49,887 nt of DNA from contig NKIB01013925.1 of NCBI GenBank assembly GCA_002256025.1, forward strand, positions 1 through 49,887. The letters are read 5' to 3'. Of the stretch, positions 10,987 to 22,247 are shown one piece after another. The notes below the pieces were generated by a model. The model saw only the letters and a list, made by a program, of their open reading frames with translations, was not told the origin of the DNA and did no database searches. The position numbers and the translations under genes were made by a program. This stretch comes from Asterionella formosa. Lineage: Eukaryota. Within the stretch, counting starts at the first letter, position 1, and every line of letters starts with the position of its first letter.

Positions 10987-12476
10987 ATGAGTGAAAACTT
11001 CGAAAAGAGCGACGAAACGATTCAGGAAGAGAAAGAAGAGGATCGAGGAACTGGCGAAGAAGTTCAAATTCCCTCTTCGGGACGCTTGAGTAACGTAAAC
11101 TACGATTCTGATGACGACGATGATGAAGAAGAGCTAACCAGTCGACAAAAATTCCGGAAACGATTTTGGGATTTCTATGAAACTAACGAATTCCTCATTT
11201 TAGTAGTCATTGCTATCTGTTTGGCCCGAGCCTACCCTCCGTTGGGAGCTGAGTACCTTAAACCGAAAATCACGGCTGGATGGATTGCTGTCATCTTAAT
11301 TTTTTGTAAGTTTCGCTTGAAGCGCTTGTTCACATTGCTCAATTTATGCGAATGGCTCACTTAAACTGTTGTCCATAAATAGTGATGGCGGGGTTAGCTC
11401 TAAGGACAGAAGAATTTGTCAAGGCCTTTCAACAAATCTATTTCAACGCATTTGTTCAGCTTTATAACTTCGGTTTTATTTCCGCATGCGTGTTTGGCTT
11501 CTCTCGCCTAATAATTACACTTGGCGCGATTTCTAAGGAACTAGGAGACGGGTTGGCTATTTGTGGTTGTCTCCCGATCACCGTGAACATGTGCGTTGTG
11601 CTGACAAAGGCTTCTGGTGGAGGTAAGGTTCAAATGTTTGTGTAGCTACTTTAAGTTTGCAGGTGAATGGTATGCTGCTTACGCGTTTGCATATATTTCT
11701 CCATATTAGACGAAGCTGCTGCAATCTTCAACACAGCCTTTGCAAACATGATTGGAATTTTCATCAGTCCTCTCTTAATTGTCCTGTATATTGGAGTTCA
11801 AGGAGGTGTCGATACGGCGAAAACTTTTCAAGATCTTTCTATTAAAGTCCTTCTTCCTCTTTTCGTCGGTCAGGTGTTGCAAAAGACTTCAAAGCTTGTT
11901 ATCCGGTTTGTTAAGAAGTTCAAGAAATATTTCCTCAGGGGGCAGGAGTATTGTCTCGTTTTCATTCTTTATACCACATTTTGCAAGACATTTGCTGGGA
12001 ACAAGCGTACCAAATTTACAGAGATCCTCTGGATGATTTTGTTTGTATTTATTCTCCTTATGTTCTTCACTATTTTGGCATGGAATATATTGAAGATTAT
12101 GATACCTGACAAGCCGAAACTCCGAGTCATGGGCCTTTTTGGATGTACACACAAGACAATTGCGGTTGGTGTGCCTCTTATCACATCGATCTATTCTAAC
12201 AGTCCCAATCTTGGAATTTACACTTTGCCATTGTTGATTTGGTATCCCATGCAGCTGATTATTGGAACGTTCCTCGTTCCTAAGTTTAGGATCTTTTTGA
12301 AAAACGAGGCGGAGCGGCTAGGCACCAAGGATGACATTGATGATGCCTCACCTTCAGATCAACAGTTTACAGCAGGTCGTGAAGTTTCTGATGAAGAGGC
12401 AGCTGTTGATATTCCTGAAGTGTCAGACGATCATAGTGCTGCTGCTGAAGGACAAGATGAGGGTGCCACAAAATGA
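10987..12476 (+). CDS. SLC10A7/RCH1-like transporter, copy 2 (exons 10987-11305, 11383-11622, 11710-12476)
   Basis: Same intron positions as copy 1 and the same 240-nt exon 2; core protein nearly identical to copy 1. Confidence 0.9.
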
Positions 12477-13369
12477 ATTTAGAATCATGCTTATAGTCTT
12501 CTCACAAATTAGGCCACGGCATTTAGAGCTCTACAGCTCCAAAATTAATGTTCATGACTAGTGCAATACATAAGTTTTATTTTTTAAAAGGAGTGATGAA
12601 ATGGAAGTATCATAATATTTACAGCCATCTGAAGGAAATACTACAACCTTTCCAGTGAACCCAGCATCGTTTTTCAGGCATAGATTTTTATTGCCAGCAA
12701 CATCACAAATCCTCTCTCTTCCTCCTTGAATCGCTGATAGACGGCTACGTTTGAGATGCCATGGGGAGAGCATTGTTGTCATCGGTGTGGTAGCCATTCA
12801 GTGTATCTGGAAATACTCAGAAAGGTGGCCAGCAAGAAGGAAAACATTGGGCCTCACCCTTTTCATTGTAGAAGTGCAATCGAATGAAAGTTGTGGTGGA
12901 ATCGTCACTCAGATGATCATATGGGGCAACAGATGGCATTCAACTTAACAATCGGCCAATCTAAAAACAATTAGCCTCACAAACTCACTGGAATGAGAGC
13001 AATGTAAATCTACTAGAAGCAAACATTCTATTACATCATAGCACATCTGCAACGATTTGAATAGCAGTTGAATTTATTAAACCTATTTCCATTTTATCTC
13101 TAATAGTCCCTCATTCGGCGCAACCAGCATGGTGGAGGTGATGGATTGGTTGCCATTAGTACTACTAGTACATAAACAATGATGCTGTTGGTCGAACTAT
13201 GCAAGCAGGAAGAGTCTTGACATCTCTACTACTAGTAATATCAAATAATATTTTACTATAGAAAAAGATGGGTAAGCTAAATTAATTTGCATCCTTTAAG
13301 TAAAAGGCTTCTACTACATGTTCCAAGTAAGTATATATCAGACCAAAAGCTCCTATATTCTGGTCCTTA

Positions 13370-15060
13370 AGCCGAGTGAAGCATCACTCAATAGGCACGT
13401 GTGTACTAGCATCTATGGACAGGCCAAGAAAACCTGCTTGGGTCATGTCAAATTATTGATGATTTGCCATCTGTGGGTTTGTAGGAGACTTGACATAATT
13501 AGAGTAAAGAATGGTGGTACTGTCAAATTTAATAAATGCATGCAAGAACTGCATGTGGGCGTTGGGACTAATTCCAGTGCTTTCTTCAATGTTGTCAAAA
13601 GTCCATCCTCTCCCAAGGTAGTACCTAAATTTCCCTAAAATCATTATTTCAAGGGGGGGATGAAATCTATTTCTGTTGCATCTGACTGATTTCAGCAAGG
13701 AAACCAATTAGCTTCTCTGGCCTCCTCAAAAAAAAAGGAATTGGGTGTGGAAGTCGAAATTTGCCGAGAACTTTTGGAAAAATACCTGATTCATCAGCTG
13801 GTCTTGAAATGTATAATAGATACCACTTTGACACTCAGTGGATTTATTAATTGAACACGCCCCTCAACATCGATATTTTGGCAGATCCTGTTTTTTCCTA
13901 GACCATGTAACAACCTTGACAGTCACTGATTTCTTTAGGCAGCTCAACGTAGAGTTCTTTGGTAATGTTGGTCTGACAAATTGCATTCGAAACATCAATT
14001 TGTTGTGTCTCAAGGCCCAGAAACTCAGACATGACCAAAAGCGCACGGACAGTAGACCACTGGACCACAGGGGCATAGGTTTCAAAAAAGTCAATACCTT
14101 CCTGCTGTAGATCCCCGCGTACACAAAACTGTGCTTTGCATTTGTGAACACAACCATCTGGAAGAAGCAAGGAGCTTGCGCTTGAAGGCCCATGTGCCTG
14201 GTAGGACTCAGGGGCACAAGCGTCTAAGTCGTCTTTTGGGGTAACGCAGGGATTTCAATGACCATAGCTTCGCAAGACAATTCGGAATCAGGCTCAGATA
14301 TACCCTTCTTGTGAAAGCAAGGATTATCAGGGTCCATTTTACTTGCCATGATTGGGAGGCAGGTTCATACGGGGAAAGTTCTTAGATTCCTTTTGTAGGA
14401 GTCGGCAACGAGAAATGTCATCTGGTTCTAGCCACTCATCAGCAGGTGTTAAGTTTGTGTGTTTGTCAAATTCGGTCTCAAACCGGGACTCGTAAAAGAT
14501 AGTATCCCAATTTTCCGGAGCGTCATTGGATATATTAAGCGAGGAAACGGTCGAGACAAGATAATCAAAGACAACGTGAAATTGCGGAGAGTTATGTCCT
14601 GTAGACAGATTAAGTACCAAGGGTTGTGTTGAGTTCATGAATCATCATGAGAACGAGCGTTTTGATCATCAATGCGACAAGGAAAAGAATGCAAAGAGGT
14701 TGTTGTGCTTGCCCTGCACAACCTATCCTTCGTAGCTGGGACTGGTGGGTCGCCTGCTCCTGTATCTCCAAAGAGCATTAATGTCTTTTATTTACTGGAC
14801 AACAATGTGACAAAGAAATTTTAGGGAATGCAAGGAGGCACTGACATGGAGCAGGCAATAATGTGAGTGATGTATGAAGTGTCCTCACTACGCATTGATT
14901 CTATTTGTTCAGGAGGAAAACTTTGATTCAAGTTGGACATGAAAACAGTGTCTAGAATCTTGGTATCTTTGAAGCATCCTCCAAATTGATGACCCTTGAA
15001 GGGTCCAGATGCTGAAGTCGTTAAAAGTTGTGAACGGATAATACTAATTGTTGGACTCAA
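13370..15060 (-). mobile_element. Degenerate Ty1/copia (CoDi-like) retrotransposon pol remnants
   Basis: RT block 'PDG...K.KAQFCVRGDLQQEGIDFFETYAPVVQWSTVRALL...QIDVSNA' (13898-14170) and post-integrase block 'PLVLNLSTGHNSPQFHVVFD' (14339-14638). Frameshifted and deleted; no LTRs recognised. Confidence 0.85.
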
Positions 15061-15070
15061 GTCAAGCGTC

Positions 15071-15383
15071 TGTGAATGAAAAAACTGATAGGCCTAACAT
15101 TTTTGCTATTATCGACTACCCCAAAATTATCGCAGAATGACCTATTTTGTTTATTGATCATCCATAAAAAGTGATTGATCAATAACAGCTTGCGTGTTTG
15201 ATCATAAACATATAGATGCATGATTATATATGTGAATGAAAAATTGTAAGCCCTAGCATTTTTGCTCTATTATCGACTGCCCCAGAATTATCGCAGTATG
15301 ACGTATTTTGTTACTTGATCATCCATAAAACTTATTGATCAATAAAAATTTTGCGTGTTCGATCATAAACATAGAGATGCATG
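15071..15383. repeat. Two-copy tandem direct repeat, ~160-bp period
   Basis: TGTGAATGAAAAA...GATCATAAACATA.AGATGCATG at 15071-15222 and 15231-15383. Confidence 0.9.
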
Positions 15384-16017
15384 GCCGGTTTGGAGGTAAA
15401 AAATCTACATGTATAGATTAAAAAATATGCACTGAGAGACAACGTTATTATGAGTCTAAATGGGTAAAACTAAATGGCTTAGATCTCCATAACTGCATTA
15501 TGTTCTACTTTAGAACTGATTAAATGATAGCTATCCCCGTTCTATCGACTACGATAAAGTTCGTACTTTGTTCGAATTTTATAATTTAAGAAACTTCGAT
15601 AGTTTTAGTCGAAAGAAGGAGCACTGAAACATTGACTCTCAGTTTTTAGGTTGTACACAGAATCCTGGCACCAGGTACCTGGTACTTTGTCCGGTTATTC
15701 TCCATGCGATGGGTCAGAGCAGTCGTACAAAAAATTCTCGATGGGTCATGGCAGTTTTTTAACTGGTCCCAGGTACGGTATACCTGTAAGTAAAGTCACT
15801 TTTATAGGATCAGACGTGATGCGATTTCGACAAACGAGAACGTATTACCAGGTTACCAGGTTACCAGGTTGAACTACCATACCATGATGATCGACTGTGT
15901 TCCCACCACCAACTTAAATGAGGTGCGTCAATATCATAAGCAAGAATTCATCACAAATACAATCATTCTCTCAAAATTGCCGCCATCGCTACAGTCGGCA
16001 CAGGAAAAGCTAACAGG

Positions 16018-17457
16018 ATGGAAGTAAGAGACACGTTGAATGAAGAGGGAAAAGAAATGCAAGTGAATGACCCAATTCCTTCCGAGGAGCTCACGCAAGC
16101 AGTGCCACTGTCCCACCAGGGGAAGCTTTGTAAACGAGCGACTGCATTCTATTTTGCAAATGAGTTTATCGTTTTAGTCATCATCTCGATTATTCTCGCC
16201 AAAGCCTACCCTCCTTTGGGTGCTGATTATCTTAAACCTCAAATCACTGCATCTTGGATTGCTGTTATCCTCATCTTTTGTAAGTTTTGTCGAGGGAAAT
16301 GTACACGATGATACAAATCTTCGATTCATAGTCGAATGCAATTTCTAGATCGCTTTAATTAGCATATCTTGTCGTGAAGTAAGGTCATTAACAACTCACA
16401 TACAAGTACTCCTTCCACTACAGTTTTGGCTGGGTTAGCTCTCAGGACCGAAGAATTTGTCCATGCCTTTAAAGAAATGTATTTCAATACATTTGTTCAG
16501 ATTTTCAACTTTGGCGTTGTTTCCTCAATTGTTTTCGGGTTTTCTCGTTTAATGATTCAGATTGGAGCTATTTCCCAGGTTCTGGGGGATGGAATGGCAA
16601 TTTGTGGTAGTCTTTCAATCACAGTGAACATGTGTGTGGTGATGACCGTGTCAGCTGGTGGAGGTAAGGATTCAATGAAAATAATTTTTCGGTTTATACA
16701 TTTCATTACTTTGTTCTCACTTTATTTATTGTATTTACCCACAGACGAAGCTGCTGCTATCTTCAACACCGCCTTTGGCAATATGATTGGAATTTTTCTA
16801 AGCCCGTTCTTAATCCTTGGCTACATTGGGGTTTCCGGAAATGTTCCTATCGGCACAACGTTTTACAAACTTGCGGTTCGAGTGATACTTCCTCTTTTCA
16901 TCGGTCAGGTTGTAAGAAAGACTTCAAAAGGTCTTGTTGCCTTTGTCAAAACGCATAAGCCATATTTTGCTAAGGCACAGGAGTACGCCCTTGTCTTCAT
17001 AATTTACACCATTTTCTGTCAGACCTTTTCCAAAGATCACAACTCAAATATTGGCGATATCTTTTTGCTTATTTTGTTCCAATTCATTCTCCTTTGTACT
17101 GTCATGGCCTTGGCTTGGCACCTTCTAAAGGTACTTTTCCCCAATCAACCTAAGCTTCGTGTCATGGGACTCTTCGGATGTACACAGAAAACGGTTGCAG
17201 TGGGTATCCCTCTCATCAGTGCAATTTACCAAGGTAATCCGAACTCTGGACTCTACACTTTACCCCTCTTGATTTGGCATCCCATGCAAATTATTCTTGG
17301 GTCGGCGCTAACTCCCAGGCTCAAGGCCTTTGTGGAGGCCGAGAATGAGCGGTTAGGCATTGTTGACAAAAATCCAGAGACTTCTGAACCGACTGGCTCG
17401 GAAAGTGATGTTGCAGATGCGGAAGCACAAGTAGTTCATACCACACAGAAACCTTAG
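16018..17457 (+). CDS. SLC10A7/RCH1-like transporter, copy 3 (exons 16018-16279, 16424-16663, 16745-17457)
   Basis: GT-AG introns at 16280-16423 and 16664-16744 in homologous positions; family motifs intact. Confidence 0.9.
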
Positions 17458-18626
17458 ATTTATGTTGTTAATACTACGTCTTTCGTTAGAATACGTATAC
17501 AATAAATGATTTTTCACGACAGACCCCCGTATTCCGTATGTAAGAACATGTATCGAAAGAACACTACCAGGTACCTGGTTACCAGGTACCGGTACTGGTA
17601 TGTGCAGAGTGGATAGACTACGCACAGGGAGCAAAACCGCTACCTATTACAGGTATGTAAGAAGAATGTCTAGCGGTGTACCAGTGCGTACCGTGAACCT
17701 AATTACAATCCGTGTCAGGCTACATCTTGTAATTTAATATACCGGTAGTCATCTTCCTCATGGTCGGCCTTCGATTCAACAAGAACAGGATGATTGTTCC
17801 ATTCAACAACAACAAACAACAGGATGAGGAGAAATGCCTCTGCTTTGGGTCTGTGACCTGTGTGCTGAATACATGTTACTATCATTTCTTTCCAAGTCCA
17901 CTACTGTACACATCTATTTATTCAGTATTACCGTTTGTTATCAACTATTCTTATCAAAAATAGTAAATGACTGTAATTTTTAGTAGACTATGTACCAGTG
18001 TCAATGTTGCTGATTCACTTCTCCAAGCCCATGAGAATGTATCCATGGACCTACAAATGTCCAACGAGTCACCACTAAATAATAATGAGCATGCTGTCAG
18101 AGTGGTCACCAAATAATCCAACTCAACAAAGATTACCACCGCCACAGGTAATACCCGGTAGATTTCCACACAATCTTTAACTCTGCCTTATTGAATGGTT
18201 GTGTTTATCATATACTGGTAAAAAAAATTTATCATATTTCCTCCGAGTATCGTGATATTGATATTTTGATGTCAAGCCATTCGTACCCTCTATGTATAGA
18301 CTGGCTTACACCTCCATGTAATACCGTAAGGAATACCTGATGTGGCCTAACATGTGCACATGACACACATGCACCGTATATAATTTTTAGAGAACGTCAT
18401 GAAGGTACCAGTACTGGTACCAGGTACCGGTATATCAACCACATCATGTATAACAACGCACAGGGTAACGATACATTGTTACATGCCGGTATAAATATGT
18501 ATATAGCCGTGATGCTTCTTATGCTTCGGCCTTAAACGTTGAGAGCTGCAAACCGCTGCAAACCCATTAACTGTGTAGTACCATGGTGGCGGCTGGTACT
18601 TGCATTCCTTCAATAAATCCTCCACC

Positions 18627-19997
18627 ATGCCGCAATTCAGTGAGCTCCGAGTTTCCTTGTTCAGGCGACGAAAGCCGAGGAATTTGAATGAACGACGAGG
18701 GACACTGCATCGCTTCTCGCTGTTGGCGTCAGACATTGACTTGGTGGCAAGTGCCGTTTTGGATGAATGCTTTGTCGATCACCACATTGTTCGCAGGCAT
18801 TCGATGGCAAGTTTGAGGGACGCGGATGTGAAAACAAAGCGACTAATGCGGCGAGGAGAATCGGCAGCTGCTCTAATGTTTGGAACCACACACGACGAGA
18901 AGGACTTTGTCGAAATAGAAATCATTGACCAGCAAACTGGTCTAAACATTGATCAGCACGAATTAGACAAGGATAAGATATCCTTGGCACGTGAGCAGCA
19001 AAGAAATGTCACGCTGGAATCCGCGACAAGTGATATCAGCCAATCCTCGTCGACTGATGATGACAGGCCAGAAACGTGGTTGAATGCTCATCTTTCTCTG
19101 GTATTTGCTGGAGTACTCTTTGGATCAGTTGCCGCAAACGCTGCCTTTGAAAGGCTCAATACCATCGATCCAGGATGCGGCTCGGTCATCGCACTCATGC
19201 AGTATGTTGCTGCTGCATCGGAGAGACTCCCGAGTGCCTCAGTCTACATTAAGCGACCGATGATTCCGATGCGCTTTCATGCGACCTTTTGTATTCTACA
19301 GTTCCTGGCAATGTGGCTTGGAAACGCATGCTTGGCATTTGACCTTCCATTTGCTCAGTTTTTGGTCATCAAGAACTCAAATCTTGTGTTTAGCATGGCA
19401 CTTGGATTCATTGCGCTTCATCAACGATACACTCTGAAGCAAGTCATGTCCGTATTGCTTTTGTCAGCAGGTATCATCTTGACTGTCCTTTCCGATAAGA
19501 ATCCATCGTCTGATGATGGCACCAGCCAGCAGAATTTTGTCGGCGTTGCACTTTGTTTGGCGGCGACTCTTTGCAACGTCGTTCTTGGTTTCACGCAAGA
19601 ATATGCATTCCGAACGTACAAAGACAATGACGGGTCGTCGGTAGCAGCCGAAGTCATGTTCTATACCCATATTCTTGGCCTTCCTTTTTTCCTTTCATCT
19701 GGCGCAAATGCTCATTTTGCTGTACTGGCTGCCAATTGGCAGTCATCAATACCGCTAGTCATCGTCAACGTTGGTGCCATGGTTTTGTGTAAGTTTTGCA
19801 TTTTTTCTCTTGTGGACCTAGCAGGGTCTCTGACGACAACAATGACAGTAACAGTCGCCAGGTTTCTCGGGGTTGTGGTTTCAGTTTGCTTTTTGTCGAC
19901 GCGGGCATTACCAGGAAAGTTGTTCTGGTTGGGAAGTTCAGCTGTAGTTGTTGGATCAACGTCGTATTTGCTGGGGAATATCTGTTCAGAAAAATGA
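18627..19997 (+). CDS. UAA-family nucleotide-sugar transporter (SLC35B4/YEA4-like UDP-GlcNAc/UDP-xylose transporter)
   Basis: ~10 hydrophobic helices; 'NAAFE...DPGCGSVI..MQY', 'QRYTLKQV', 'QEYAF', 'EVMFYTHILGLP', 'SLTTTMTVTVARF'. First ATG at 18627. Confidence 0.8.
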   Translation: MPQFSELRVSLFRRRKPRNLNERRGTLHRFSLLASDIDLVASAVLDECFVDHHIVRRHSMASLRDADVKTKRLMRRGESAAALMFGTTHDEKDFVEIEIIDQQTGLNIDQHELDKDKISLAREQQRNVTLESATSDISQSSSTDDDRPETWLNAHLSLVFAGVLFGSVAANAAFERLNTIDPGCGSVIALMQYVAAASERLPSASVYIKRPMIPMRFHATFCILQFLAMWLGNACLAFDLPFAQFLVIKNSNLVFSMALGFIALHQRYTLKQVMSVLLLSAGIILTVLSDKNPSSDDGTSQQNFVGVALCLAATLCNVVLGFTQEYAFRTYKDNDGSSVAAEVMFYTHILGLPFFLSSGANAHFAVLAANWQSSIPLVIVNVGAMVLCKFCIFSLVDLAGSLTTTMTVTVARFLGVVVSVCFLSTRALPGKLFWLGSSAVVVGSTSYLLGNICSEK

Positions 19998-20131
19998 ACC
20001 GACCCAAACCTGTGGAAGCCATATCCGATCATGCTAATTTTGGCCATTTGAGACCGATCGAGCTGAAGAAGAATACTTTACTAGCTATAGTGATATAAAC
20101 AAAGCCTATGTTTCCCAGCTATGGGACCTTC

Positions 20132-21727
20132 CTACAACAATTCATTGGGATCGGAGCTTGTCATCAGGCGGAATAACGATTGGGATATCTTCAATTGCTG
20201 GGACTTTCCACCAAGACAATCAGCTATTGCGGCCTCTTTTTGAGCCTCCGATGCTTCTTGGTTTTGGTAGTCGTTCCATAACGATAAGGCCGTCGGGTAG
20301 ACTGATACTGCGTTCCGGACTCGTTGCAAACTTAAGAGGGGAACTTGAAGTAGCATGCGTTCCCATGTATCTTTCGCACGTTCGAGGGGAGCTGCATTGA
20401 ACGGGACGTCGGATTTGATCTTTTTAATGCACTCTAATTCTGTCACTTGGTTCCTGTACGGCGCTTCTGAAATGGATCGAATCATTTTTTGCAAGAAATC
20501 AGTCAGTTGATCATTGTTAGAGAGGGGAATGACATCTACGCTGAACTGAATGCTGCACCACATAATGGCGTCTTCGAGCTCAAAGTCACGAGGAGGAGGC
20601 TTTGGCATTTGAGCACGAACATGCGCATTGCTTTGCCATAGCTTATTCACCACCTCCTTCACGCACGGAAGAAGCAGAGCGATTTTAGGTCGAACTGTGT
20701 TCGGTTGTTTCCAAGTATTTTTCCATGACTGTTGCAGGGCATTGAGATACTCCTCAAGCTTGGGGTAATCATCCGCATCGTCTTGCTTATCCAAAAGGGC
20801 AAGAAATTTTTTTGGGTCTGCAAAGACAACAACCAGGTGATGCAAGAATTGAAATCCATTTTTTTCTCGGCTTATCAGAGCATCCACTGCCGCTACTGCA
20901 CCACCCTCGACTGAGTCCCTTCTGATAAATACCAGCGCCCCAGGATCAAGTCCAGAATATCCCGAAACATTGTATCCATAATCATTTTTCAGTTGCTCAA
21001 AGCAGGCGGACAAAGTCTCGAGCAAACTCGGTTCCACAATCACGGCAATCTCTTCCTTGGCGAACTTTCCAGCTCGTTGCTTGGCCATGTCCTTATTAAA
21101 GGCCTTCACATGCCTTTCTTGTTCTTTTGCGCGCAATTTTTGAGCCTTGCTTCGCTCCCTTTCTTCTAAACTTGCTTTCTTCCTGCGAGTCTTTTCTTGT
21201 TCCAGCTCCTCACGTCTTCGCTTACTTCTATCATCTTTTGTCAGTGGCTTTCGCAGTGCTGAAATGAACAGCGCATCATCGTCGGACGACGACGACTCAT
21301 CATGGTCGACTGGTAGGGGCTTCCGAGCAAGCATTTGTGCCACATGGCGCTGTCTGCCTGTATTTTCGAGGTCGTCGTCCTCTGACGAGTCGTCGGAATC
21401 AGGTTGTCGTGGTGGTGCCCGACGCTTTTTGGATGTGACGCTGTCATCAGAATCCATCGACTTTTGTTGGTTTGATACTCCAGGAGAATTCTTCAGAAGC
21501 GAAGAGCGGCTATTGAGTAGCGATCCATTCACGAAGCTGATATCATCGTCACTACCGTCGATCAGCGGAGAGGAGTATTTCAATTCAACCTGAGTGTCAG
21601 TAGGACCGTCCTGACATTCGTCATCCGAACCCAAGCACACGAGCAACTCCGGATCGTCGTGTTTTATCCTTAGACGAGGAGAGCTACCCTCTTCCTCGCT
21701 GCTGGAACACAAATCAACAGTTTCCAT
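20132..21727 (-). CDS. EME1: Crossover junction endonuclease regulatory subunit EME1/Mms4-like
   Basis: Acidic disordered N-terminus, K/E/R coiled coil, ERCC4-like domain ('SISEAPY'), and C-terminal HhH region 'TWERMLLQVP...YPTALSLW..Y...ISQSLFRLMTSSDP'. Confidence 0.75.
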   Translation of the reverse strand: METVDLCSSSEEEGSSPRLRIKHDDPELLVCLGSDDECQDGPTDTQVELKYSSPLIDGSDDDISFVNGSLLNSRSSLLKNSPGVSNQQKSMDSDDSVTSKKRRAPPRQPDSDDSSEDDDLENTGRQRHVAQMLARKPLPVDHDESSSSDDDALFISALRKPLTKDDRSKRRREELEQEKTRRKKASLEERERSKAQKLRAKEQERHVKAFNKDMAKQRAGKFAKEEIAVIVEPSLLETLSACFEQLKNDYGYNVSGYSGLDPGALVFIRRDSVEGGAVAAVDALISREKNGFQFLHHLVVVFADPKKFLALLDKQDDADDYPKLEEYLNALQQSWKNTWKQPNTVRPKIALLLPCVKEVVNKLWQSNAHVRAQMPKPPPRDFELEDAIMWCSIQFSVDVIPLSNNDQLTDFLQKMIRSISEAPYRNQVTELECIKKIKSDVPFNAAPLERAKDTWERMLLQVPLLSLQRVRNAVSVYPTALSLWNDYQNQEASEAQKEAAIADCLGGKSQQLKISQSLFRLMTSSDPNELL

Positions 21728-22089
21728 GGTCGTAGTAAAGTACTGCCCGAGACTTGAGACTGACACAGGTTTTGAAAATGTCCAAATAAATACCGGTTAA
21801 CATAAAGCTAATAATACCGGTATAATGATTCAATTGGTTGCCTCAAACATGACTGATTCGACCCGAAGTATTGATGTGACGCACATCGTCCAGCCTTCCA
21901 CCCCCCTGTGGGCACTCAGCCAACATCACTCGTCCACGCCAGCAGTTGCTATTGCGTTTGTCTTTCTCGTTCGCGCGTTGGCTCCTTTCCTTCCTATGGA
22001 CCATGTACCAGGTACCCGGTACCTGGTACTGTATAAGTATTCTCGGTACAATTTCTCCTTGCAACGACACACCATACTACATACCGGTA

Positions 22090-22131
<42 letters not shown>
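22090..22131. repeat. (CAT)14 microsatellite in the divergent EME1/ABC-F promoter
   Basis: 14 perfect CAT units. Confidence 0.97.
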
Positions 22132-22247
22132 TCAGTTTTTCCTCCTCTGACGATGTTCGTTGGCTCCAGCCAGTTGACTTGTCACTTTTGCGCGTTCGAC
22201 CATTGGAATCCAATCAAACGAACAATCAACAGCACAGCGCTAGCATC

